NCBI RefSeq assembly: GCF_006345805.1
Contig: NC_042997.1
Span: forward strand, 209,126,001 to 209,190,000
Reading direction: 5' to 3'
Length of the DNA: 64,000 bases
Source: Octopus sinensis
Taxonomy: Eukaryota
In this document: piece by piece, positions 52,659 to 64,000 of the stretch
How positions within the stretch are numbered: the first letter of the stretch is position 1
Layout: each line of letters starts with the position of its first letter
The notes under the pieces: model-generated
Database searches by the model: none
Told to the model about the DNA's origin: nothing
Seen by the model: the letters and a program-made list of their open reading frames with translations, nothing else
Position numbers and translations under genes: made by a program

Positions 52659-53269
52659 CATATATAAGGAGGCACAATGGCCCAGTGGTTAGGGCAGCAG
52701 ACTCGAGATCGTAGGATCGCGGTTTCAATTCCCGAGTGTTTATTGAGCGAAAACACCTAAAAGCTCCATGAGGCTCCGGCAGGGGGAGGTGGCGATCCTT
52801 GCTGTACTCTTTTACCACAGCTTTCTCTCACTCTTTCTTCAGTTGGCCTGCTCGCTTAGCCAGCGGGGTGGCATCAATTGAAGTCTAAAACAATGTGAAG
52901 CGTATTTTGACCAGCGATGTGTAGCAACATCTGATAGCCTGGTCAGTCACGATGATATATATATATATATATACACGGTGGCACGTAAAAAGCACTATTC
53001 GATCGTGGCCGTTGCCAGCCTCCGTGCTGGTGGCACGTAAAAAGCACCATCCGCTCGTGGCCGTTTGCCAGCCTCGCCTGGCACGTAAAAAGCACCCACT
53101 ACACTCATGGAGTGGTTGGCGTTAGGAAGGGCATCCAGCCGTAGAAACATTGCCAGATCAGATTGAAGCCTGGTGCAGGCTTCTGGCTTCCCAGGCCCCA
53201 GTTGCACCATCCAACCCATGCCAGCATGGAAAGCGGACGCTAAACAATGATGATGATGATGATGATGAT

Positions 53270-53344
<75 letters not shown>

Positions 53345-55472
53345 TCATCATCGTCGTTTAACGTCCGTTCTCCATGCTAGCATGGGTTGGACGGTTCGAC
53401 CGGGGTTCTGGGAAGCCAGAAGGCTGCACCAGGCTCCAGTCTAATTTGGCAATGTTTCTACAGCTGGATGCCCTTCCTAACGCCAACCACTCCGTGAGTG
53501 TAGTGGGTGCTTTTTACGTGCCACCTGCACAGGTGCCAGGCGGGGCTGGCAACGGCCACGGTCAGATTGGTGTATTTTATGTGCCACCGGCACGGAAGCC
53601 AGTCGAGGCGGTGCTGGCATCGGCCACGAGTCGGATAGTGCTTTTTACGTACCACCAGACCAGGGATCCTGGCTGGTTCAATTCGATTTCGATTTCGCTT
53701 GCCCCAACATGTCTTCACAAGCAAAGGGGGTTGGCAAGGGTGCCTGTCGTACGGTCGCATTGGAGTATTTTACGTGCCACGGCCACGAGTCGGATAGTGC
53801 TTTTTACGTACCACCAGACCAGGGATCCTGGCTGGTTCAATTCGATTTCGATTTCGATTTCGCTTGCCCCAACATGTCTTCACAAGCAAAGGGGGTTGGC
53901 ATGGGTGCCTGTCGTACGGTCGCATTGGAGTATTTTACGTGCCACGGCCCCGAGTCGGATAGTGCTTTTTACGTACCACCAGGCCAGGGATCCTGGCTGG
54001 TTCAATTCGGTTTCGATTTCGATTTCGATTTTGCTTGCCCCAACATGTCTTCGCAAGCATGGGGGTTGGGATGGGTGTCTGTCGTCGGATGAGGTTCTAT
54101 ATCGACTTCGCTTGCCTCAACCGGTCTTTGTGTCCAAGGGAGGAAAGGCATTCATAAGTGGGCTGGGCTCACTTGTCCTGCCTGGTCTTCTCACGTACAG
54201 AATATTTCCAAAGGTCTCGGTCTCTGGTCATTTCCTCAGTGAGGCCTAAAGTTCGAAGGTCGTGCTTCACCACCTCGTCCCAGGTTTTCCTGGGTCTACC
54301 TCTTCTACGGGTTCCCTCAACTGCTAGGGATTGGCACTTTCTCACACACCTATCTTCATCCATTCTCGCCACATGACCATACCAGCGCAATCGTCTCTCT
54401 TGCACACCACAACTGATGCTTCTTAGGTACAACATTTCTCTCAAGGTGCTAACGCTCTGTCGAGTATGTACACTGGCATTACACATCCATCGGAGCATAC
54501 TGGCTTCATTCCTCACGAGCTTACGCATGTCCTCAGCAGTCACAGCCCATGTTTCGCTGCCATGTAGCATGGCTGTTCGTACACACGCATCATACAGTCT
54601 GCCTTTTACTCTGAGCGAGAGGCCTTTAGTCACCAGCAGAGGTAAGAGCTCCCTAAACTTTGCCCAGGCTATTCTTATTCTAGCAGTTACACTTTCAGCG
54701 CACCCACCCCCACTACTGACTTGGTCACCTAGATAACGGAAGCTATCAACTACTTCTAGTTTTTCCCCCTGGAAAGTGACGGAAGTTGTTTTCTGCAGAT
54801 TTTCGGAGGTTAATGCTCCCGAGCATCTGCCACATACAAAAACTATCTTCCCAGTTAGCCTACCTTTGACATTGCTGCACCTCTTATGTGTCCATAGCTT
54901 ACACTGGGTACATCTTATAGAGTTTCTACCTACACCTTTTCTACAGATCGAGCAGGGCCATCTTCCTGAAGATATTTGTGGATTGTCTACCTTTCTACTT
55001 ATTAGTACTTTGGTTTTAGCTAGGTTGACTCTAAGGCCCCTTGATTCTAAACCCTCCTTCCACACCTGGAACTTCTCCTCCAGTTCTGATAGTGACTCAG
55101 CAATAAGAGCAAGGTCGTCAGCGTAGAGGAGCTCCCAGGGACAGCCTGTCTTGAATTCCTCCGTAATTGCCTGGAGTACTATGATAATAGGAGGGGGCTG
55201 AGTACTGAACCCTGGTGGACCCCAACCTCTACTTTGAATTCTTCTGTGTACATGTTGCCAACCCTAACCTTACTTACGGCATCTCTGTACATGGCTTGCA
55301 CAGTCCTCACCAGCCATTCATCTATCCCTAGTTTCCTCATTGACCACCAGATAAGGGATCGGGGAACCCTATCAAAAGCTTTCTCCATGTCAACGAAAGC
55401 CAGGTACAGGGGCTTATCTTTGGCTAGGTATTTCTCCTGCAGCTGCCTTACCAGGAATATAGCATCAGTGGT
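53345..55472 (-). mobile_element. RTE-clade LINE, 5'-truncated within RT, with 3' UTR and (GAT)n tail
   Basis: RT motifs [24 protein letters not shown] and LLYADD, with one frameshift near 55185. ORF 54169..55065 ends GRPRKTW..DR..W. The 3' palindrome TCCATGCTAGCATGG lies just before the tail. Confidence 0.92.
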
Positions 55473-55473
55473 A

Positions 55474-55770
<297 letters not shown>

Positions 55771-57654
55771 TGTCATTTTTATGTGCAACATTTCATGCTT
55801 GCATTTATATATATATGTGCATATATGCGCATGTGTCTATGTACGCAGACATGTAATTCCTACCAAATGAGTTGAGTGCCATTTTCTTTTGTTTGTCCCT
55901 TCATTTTTTTTGTGCTGGTGTCAATATGTAATCTCCTTTGTCATTAACTTACTTGGATAGTGAATTGAAGATGATAAGACTTTTTTTTTGGCACCCCCAC
56001 CCACACCACCACATCCCAACCCCCCCCCCTGCTCCCAGTGGTCTAATCAGATTTTTGGCCAGTGAAATATGTTGTTGAAGTTGTGTATTAAAGGAGAGAC
56101 AGATAAAGACCAGTTGACAAATAGATTAACAGGATATGATTAGTGAAAGAAAGAGAGAGAGAGGGAAAGAGAAAGAGAGAGAGAGAGAGAGAGAGAAGAG
56201 AGAGAAGAGAGAAAAAGAGAGAGAGACAGAGAGATGATCAAATAAATGATTCACCAAGGTACTTTGTGTGTGTGTGCATGTGTGACATAGTGTGAGTGTG
56301 TGTGTATGTGGTGTAGTGTGAGTGCAGTGCAGTGTGTGTATGTATTTGGTGTGCTGTGTGCGTGTGCTGTGTGTGTGTGGTGTAGTATGAGTGCAGCGCA
56401 ATGTGTGTGTGTGTGGCGTAATGTGAGTGCAGTGTAGTGTGTGTGTGTGTGTCAGCCTGACAGGGTATATATATATCGCAGAGGCTGTAACCAGAGTCTT
56501 AGTAGTTAAGCCTGGTTCCACGGGTAGAAGACCTGTTATTGCAACAACTTTGGACACCCTTTTTTGAATTTCATGTTTAACACTCGTGAACATGCTTATA
56601 AAATCAAAAATCAACACAGAACCCATGACTATTTATTCTCTTACTTGTTTCAGTCATTTGACTGTAGCCATGCTGGAGCACTGCCTTTAGTCGAACAAAT
56701 CGGCCCCAGGACTTGTTCTTTGTAAGCCTAATACTTATTCTACTGGTCTCTTTTGCCAAACAGCTAAGTTATAGGACATAAACACACCAACATTAGTCAT
56801 TAAGTGATGGTGGGTGTATATATATATATACATGGGCTTCTTTCAGTTTCCGTCCACCAAATTCACTCACAAGGCTTTGGTTGGCCCGAGGCTATAGAAG
56901 ACACTTGCCTAAGGTGCCATGCAGTGGGACTGAACCCAGAACCATGTGGTTGGGAAGCAAGCTTCTTACCACACAGCCATGCCTGTGCCTTTGTAGATTT
57001 TTCTTTCATCTTTTATTTGTTTCTGTCACTAGGCAGTGGCCATGCTGGGGCACCATCTTGAAGTCTATCGGTTTCTTTTGCCGAACCACTAAGTTACAGG
57101 GATGTAAATAAACCAATATTGGTTGTCAAGTTGTGGTGGGAGACAAATACAAAGACATGCACACACACACACACACACACACATAATGGGCTTCTTTGAG
57201 ATTCTAGCTCACAATGCTTTGGTCAGCCAAATTCACTTACCCAAGGTGCCATACACACACATGCATATGTACATATATAATCTTTCTCGCAGAACCCCTA
57301 GGAACATTTTGTGGAACCCAAGGGTTGAGAAACGCTGCTTTAGTCACTAAGTCGCATGCCTTCATTATATATATATATTTAAAGTATAATTATTAAAATA
57401 TAATTATAATAAAGAGTGCTGGAGAGACAGTACCTGTACACTAGAAGTAGACGTCAAAGGACTACAAAAAAAAACCCGCTCAAGCTATTACTCCATTTAA
57501 CACAAAGTTGTATGCAAGGAAAATGGGTAGATTGATAAAAATATTGTGGACAACTCTATATCTTAAGATTTCATGTTTTGCGATATTAAAATTGCTTTAC
57601 ATTCTTCAGTAGAGTATACAAATTGTAAATAGATGAGAAATACATGCATTTCAC

Positions 57655-57695
<41 letters not shown>

Positions 57696-57814
57696 AAAAT
57701 ACAAACTGGGACAAGAACACAAAACATTTAGGAGACGATACAAAAAACACGGACGGGACATTCGAAACTTTCAATTTTCAGTCAAGAACCGGATCATCCT
57801 CGCAATTTTGGCTG

Positions 57815-57848
<34 letters not shown>

Positions 57849-60463
57849 GAAGTAAAAACCCCCATCGTCCATTTCAACCATGGACATATTTACTCAAAAT
57901 AATTCCACAACAAACATGTTTGCAGAGTGAATGAATATATATTTATATTGTTGTGTGGACACCCCCAGACGATGAAGTAGGCTGGCCCAATAAGTAGATA
58001 TAGAGGGAGAAGTCTAGACGTCAGGGAGAGACTAGAACAAAGGAGAGCAGAGCACAGCAGGGGAGAGCAGAGAACAGTGTTGCGGAGAAGGCATCCGAAT
58101 GTGCGATGTAACATATATATAATTACAATACAGTCATTAATTAATGATTTATCTGTGGCCAGCATACCAACAAGACCATATTGGTTAATTTATATTTAAA
58201 AGATTAATTATTGCTGTGGAATTATTCTGAGTAAATATGCAGATGGTTGAAATGGATGAGGAGGCCTTTATTTCATATATGTGTGTGTGTGTGTGTGTGT
58301 GTGAAATAAATATATATATTCATATTTGTATGACTGCATATCTATGGTATGTATATATATTTCTCATTTATTTACGATCGGTATACTCTACCGAAGATTG
58401 TAAAGTGATTTTAATATCACAAAACATGAAATCTCAAGATATAGAATTAAAAAAAATTTTTTTTTATTTCATCTAGTTTCAGCTCACGAGCTGTGGCCAT
58501 GCTGGGGCACCGCCATTTGTCCACAATATTTTTATAAATCCTTTCTCTCTATTTTCCTCGCATACAACCTTGTGTTAAATGGAATAATAACTTAAGTGGT
58601 TTGTATTCCTTTGACGTGCACTTCTAGCATACAAGCGCTGTCCCTCCAGTGCCCTATATATAATTATATTTTTTATAATTATACTTTAAATATAAATTAA
58701 CGAATATGATCTTGGTACACTGGCTACAGATAAATCATTAATTAATGACTTTATGCTAATTATGTATAAATATATATATAAAACTTATTTTATTTACTAG
58801 TTTCAGCTTGAGAGCTGAGGTCGTGCTGGGCCCCATCATTAGCTTTGCTACACTTTCACTAAACCTTCTCTGATGAAGGAATTTGATGTTGCTGCCCTCA
58901 TCTGCATTTCTTGCTGTGAGCCAGAACTCTTGACAGGAAGAGATGAAGTTTTGTTTTAAAGATGCTTACACCCACCCAGGTAGGTCTCTCGGGCTTTGTG
59001 GGAAGATATTGAAAAGCTGTGGGCCCTTGGAACTCAAGCTGTTGCAGTATCTGCTCTTGTATCTTGATGGCAATTTGGGGATTTTTGGTACTATGCAGTG
59101 GTCCCCCAGTTGACCCAGTTAGCAGACCACATAGAAATCCAATATGGGAGCAAAGTGGTTGAGTTTCTTTAGAGTGTTGTGCCTCATGGAGGCAATGACT
59201 GAGACCTTTTGTAGTGCTTGAGAAGAAGACCCATCAAGCCAAGCAAAATCGCAGTCGTGGCAGATACTGGTGTCACACAAATTGGCACCCATGCCAGTTG
59301 CACATAAAAGCACCCATTACATTCTTGGATTGGTTAGCATTAGGAAGGGCATCCAGCCATAGAAAACCATGCCAAACCAGACTGGGGTCTGGTGCAACCT
59401 TCCAGCTTTCCAGCCCTGGTCAAACCATCCAACCCATGCCAGCATGGACAACGGATGTTAAATAATGATGATGATGATTATGCAGAGTTCCAGGAGATCT
59501 GATTGATGAAATCATTTCATAAGGAACATATAAACCATGAAAAGTCAGATTGTATGAGAGGGGAATATATTTATTTAACTACATGTTATCCTGAGGATAA
59601 CAGCCGTTTCGCAGCCTTCATCATGTAATAATTTCTCTGAGTGTAACAAATTATGTTTACATGTCTGCACCAAATTGCATGCTGCACTTTATGCAATACA
59701 GTTGTATATTCACAAATTAATGCAAATGAAGAAAGCTATCTCATCAGATCCCCAAAATGTTATGGTTACACCAAGGCTTCTGGTGATCTGATGAGCTAGC
59801 TCTCTTTATTTGCATCTAATTTGTGAATATACAATTGTATTGTATCATGTGTAGCATGTGGAGGCGCAATGGCCCAGTGGTTAGGGCAGCGGAGTCACAG
59901 TCGTAGGATTGTAGTTTCAATTCCCAGACCGAACGTTTTGAGTGTTTATTGAGCGAAAACGCCTAAAGATCCATGAGGATCCGGCAGGGTGTGGTGGCAA
60001 ACCCTGCTGTACTCTTTCACCACAACTTTCTCTCACTCTTTCTTCCTGTTTCTGTTGTACCAGTATTTCAAAGGGTCAGCCTTGACGCACCCTGTGTCAC
60101 ACTGAATCCTCCAAAGAACTACATTAAGGGTGCATATGTCTGTGGGGTGCTCAGCCCCTTGCATGTTATTCCATTGATTGGATCAACTGGAACTCACATC
60201 GTTGTAATCGACAGAGTTCCACAACGACAATGTGTAGCATGCATGATAATGCAGATATGCAAACACAATTTGTTATACACTAAAATTATGACTGCCTGAA
60301 GAAGGCTGCGAAACAGCTGTTATCCTAAGCATGACAAGTGGTTAAGTAAAAATATTCATCTCTCATTCCTCCAGACTTTTTACCATTTATTTACTCCTCA
60401 TATGTCAATAATTGTATAATAATCTTATAAGGTTACTTTTGTTGTTATTGTAATTATTTTAGC

Positions 60464-60729
60464 TAGGGCTGTGGAGTCGGAAACAATTAAGGGGTTGGAG
60501 TCGGAGCCAGAATCGATAAAACTGTACCGACTCCGACTTCCAGTGTCTTTATTCTTTAATATAAACCAGTTATAAGATAAAGGCCTACTCAGAGTACAAG
60601 CGTATGCGTATGCTTTATGAGATATGTAGACTACAATCACACTTAATTACATAAAGAGGAGTCGGAGGTGCCAATAGTAGAGGAATCAGAGTCGGAGTCA
60701 AAGTTTCTTGTTTTGACTCCACAGCCCTG
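60464..60729. mobile_element. hAT-like MITE
   Basis: TIRs AGGGCTGTGGAGTC / GACTCCACAGCCCT with repeated subterminal GGAGTCGG motifs; no clear TSD. Confidence 0.6.
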
Positions 60730-60981
60730 GTTGTCCCTGATGAGGCAGGAACCATAACAATCCTATTTTTTTTTAGGTGTATCGAGTACTAACTTATCTA
60801 ATTTGTTCTTCTTTGAAGGTGGTACAGTGTCATTACATGACCATTAGCTATTATTTCTAGCAGGAGGACATAGTTAAGAAGCTTACCTTAAACAATTCAC
60901 CAGTTTTCAATTAAACCTGCAAAATAAAATAAGAAATATATGAGTATGTGTGTGAATTTGTGTGTGTATTTGTGTGTGTTT

Positions 60982-61050
<69 letters not shown>

Positions 61051-61460
61051 AGTTAATCCAAACAAGAAAGCACAAAAAACACAGCAACGCGAGGATGTGG
61101 AACAAATATAGTATTATTGGATGCTCAGAAAGGAAGGAAAGAAGGAGGGTTTAACATTTCAAGCGGAGCTCTTCGTCGGAAACATAGGAGAAGGAAAGAT
61201 CCAGAGAAGGGAAGACAGAGGAAAAAAAATCGCCATCAGTACACATGAGGTCACATTTATATATATATACACACACACACATGGAGAATTCACAAAAAAA
61301 AGCAAAGGACAAAGACAGGTGGTGTAGACAACAAACAGATGTATTAGTTTTATACTTGGGGAGTGAAAAAGTCTTTAACATTTCGAGCCTATGCTCTTCC
61401 ACAGAAAGGAACAAGGAGAGAAAATAAAGAATATGTAGTGGCTAGCAATATTATATATAT

Positions 61461-61492
<32 letters not shown>

Positions 61493-61614
61493 ATATATAG
61501 AAAATAGTAAAAAGTGAAAAAACTACAGAAGGCTTAAAGGTTAAAAAATATATATATTTGCGTCAATATGTCTGAAGAATATAAAAAAAATTTTTTTCCT
61601 TACAATGACATAGT

Positions 61615-62201
61615 TTAGAAGAAAGACCGGTTTCGCGTTTAGCTTTTCAAATTTCTTACGACGTTATGTTTATGTTGAATAGAGTTATCGTTATGTTTAT
61701 GTTTAAAAGAGTTCTAAATAAGGGGAGGTAATGAGTGATTTCTTCCGGTGTAAGGGAGATAATCGCTTAAAATTTTTTTCCTTTTCCTTGGTGTGAATTT
61801 CTCTGTATCAGTATGTTGGCATGGTTAAGTCTGGGCTTGTACTTTTCAATAAAGAATGTTTCCTTGTTTAGTCTAATTTGTGTTGATGATCCAATAGCAC
61901 ATTGGTAAAATGGAAAGATTAAAAATTGTGGTAGTAGTTGCTTTGCGCATTTCTCAATGTGCTCACTAAAAGGTATCATTCTATATTCTGGGAATGCAAT
62001 CTGTTGTTGACGCAGTGTGCATCTACGTCTGAGTGATAGTCCTGTGGATCCCACATAGTCTTGGTGGCAGCCCGAGCATTTTATGACATAAATTATGTTT
62101 TCAGAGGCACAAGTAAAGTTAGATTTGATCTTGAATTTCTGTCCCTGGATAAGAATTCTGTCTTCTGGATAAGAAGTGTTCTTTGTTTCCAGTGTTTCCA
62201 T
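61615..62201 (-). mobile_element. Penelope-like element 3' fragment: GIY-YIG endonuclease plus degenerate hammerhead
   Basis: ORF 61767..62201 has FTCASENIIYVIKCSGCHQDYVGSTG..LRRR...RLNKETFFIEKYKPRLN, the PLE-type GIY-YIG motifs. Downstream: AAGAAA..GC-TAAAC-GC-GAAAC-CG-GTC-TTTCTT. Confidence 0.8.
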
Positions 62202-62276
62202 GTAAAATCATGCCTGGCCAAGGGGTAATATTACTTGGCTTGGAAACAGATGAGGGTTAGTGACAGGAGGGGCATA

Positions 62277-62616
62277 GAAAAATTACTATTTTTAAATCTC
62301 CCAACAAGAGATATTCAGCAACAGTACTTTGGAGTAAAGATTATTTGCCAACATAACATGGCAGTCCTAGTTTAGGACGAATGTTGCTGTAATTTAGCCC
62401 CAGGAGACATCGTCTCCAGCTGGCTATACAACACGATCTGCATCCTTATATTTTCGAACAAGGGAATCTAGCATCCCCACCCAAAAATAATGTTTGAAAA
62501 TGTAAGGACACAGATCGTGTATAGCCAGCTGGAGACGATGTCTCCTGGGGCTAAATTACAGCAACATTTGTCCTAAAGCAGGACTGCCATGTTATGTTGG
62601 CAAATAATCTTTACTA
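62277..62616. mobile_element. Foldback/MITE family (also 32486-32722 and 32860-33030)
   Basis: Long inverted arms AAATTACTATTTTTAAATCTC...GGCAGTCCT..TTAGGAC..; the copies differ by central deletions. Confidence 0.7.
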
Positions 62617-64000
62617 CAAAACTGACTTTGCCTGTACGTGTGCCATGTAAAATGCATTCAGTTCACTCTGCAGGGTAAATGGTGTTAAGAAGGGCATCCA
62701 TCCGTAAAACCCCTACCAAAACAGACACAGAAGTCTGGTGCAGGTTCCTACCTGGCCAGCCCCTGTCAAACCATCCAACCATGCCAGCATAGAAGGTAGA
62801 CGTTAAATGATGATGATGATGATGATGATGATGATGTAGGGGATGCATGTGTGTATGCATGTGTGTGTGTGTATCTGTGCAAAATAAACACACATATTTC
62901 ACAAGGCATACATGATGTTTTGTGCAAAGCATTTGTCACTGAGAGTGATCTATAATTAAAAACTAATTGAAAACTTAATTAGATCTATGTCAAAAGCCTG
63001 TACAAGTGGAAATTAATAGAACCCACAATATACAGATACAAAGAACTTGTATGTGTGCATAAAACATTAATAACCATGTGTGTGTAGAGAGAGAGAGAAC
63101 AAAAGAAAGAATGAGTGAAAGCAAATGGAACAAGTGATGAGAGCGTGCGTGTGTGTGTGTGTGTGTGTGTAGATATCAAATATATTTATGTGTTTCATCA
63201 GACTTCTTCAGCTATGATTGCACATCCGCTTCAAAAGTATGTGTATATAGCACAAATGTGGGTCGTTATATAATGATAGATAATTACAGTACACACACCA
63301 CCCTCGCCCTCCTCATTTAACCTCTGCTTTCCATGCTGGCAAGGGTTGGCTAAAACTTGCTGAGGCAGATTTTCTATTGGCTGAAGGTTCTTCTGTTGCA
63401 AGCTTTTACTTGTTTCCAAGAAAGATAAAAACTTCCCCATGCTCACGTGTTTTTGTGGAAAATTGAAAACGAAGGCCACTGCTTGCACGACAGCAACACT
63501 CAACTATCACGTGATGCGAAGACAATGAAAGAGTAACACACACCATTATCATTGAACATCCATTTTCCATGCTGGCATGGGTTGGATGGTTTGACAGGAA
63601 CTGGCAAGGCCAGGGTCCACTGCCTGTTTTGGACTGGTTTCTACAGCTGGAGGCCCTTCCAAATGCCAACCCCTTTACAGAGTAGACTGGGTACTTTTTA
63701 CATGGCACCAAAAACCGTGCTTTTGAAGTGCTAGGGGATGAAATGTGGGTGGGGACAAAAGGCTGACAGGGCCGACAGGGTCATTAAGTACCTTACAAGG
63801 CAAAAGCCCCTCAACTGAGAGGGGGAGTAGTATTGAGTGGACGTGGTTTTGTGGAAGTTGAAAAATTTAAGGCAGCGTTTTTCAAACTGTGGGTCCCGAC
63901 CCTTCAATGGGTCACGAGATAAATAAAATGGGTCACGACAAAAAGAGAAAGAAAAGATGCAAGTGGGTGCAAAGTGGAGTATGTAAACGATCGAAATATT

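Noticed and set aside
53374-54249. 291-aa ORF with three internal repeats
   Set aside because: Antisense to the RTE 3' UTR tandem repeat; similar pseudo-ORFs (MLAWVG...FLQLDALPNANHS) recur in every RTE fragment.
60296-60325. CTGAAGA...GAAAC as a functional hammerhead (also ~59600-59632)
   Set aside because: Stem II barely pairs and there is no NUH triplet after GAAAC; kept only as a degenerate motif.

Overview
AT-rich, repeat-dense animal genomic DNA. The SINE, RTE-LINE and microsatellite content points to a cephalopod, most likely Octopus (inference). One protein-coding gene can be assembled by hand on the minus strand from four coding exons (12037-11957, 8875-7922, 3213-3104, 731-638). All have GT-AG boundaries and matching phases, and the gene continues past the left edge. 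The 413 aa in view comprise an N-myristoylation/polybasic start (MGGKTSKAKRK), a ~320 aa acidic Glu/Pro-rich disordered linker with PEPESL repeats, and a C-terminal AMPK-beta-type glycogen-binding module (CBM48). A CpG-rich patch near 21 kb may be its promoter. The remaining ~43 kb is apparently intergenic and mostly transposon-derived. It holds many 5'-truncated RTE LINE copies, tRNA-derived SINEs, a decayed but structurally complete Ty3/Gypsy element (44373-50326), a DD37D Tc1/mariner remnant, a Penelope-like GIY-YIG fragment and several MITE/foldback families. More than ten minimal type I hammerhead-ribozyme motifs from at least four families are present. The most notable repeat is a TSD-flanked hairpin element that fuses a tRNA-derived Pol III head to a hammerhead ribozyme (3.6-4.1 kb and 34.6-35.0 kb). 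All alignments, pairings and counts were made by eye; no database search was run.
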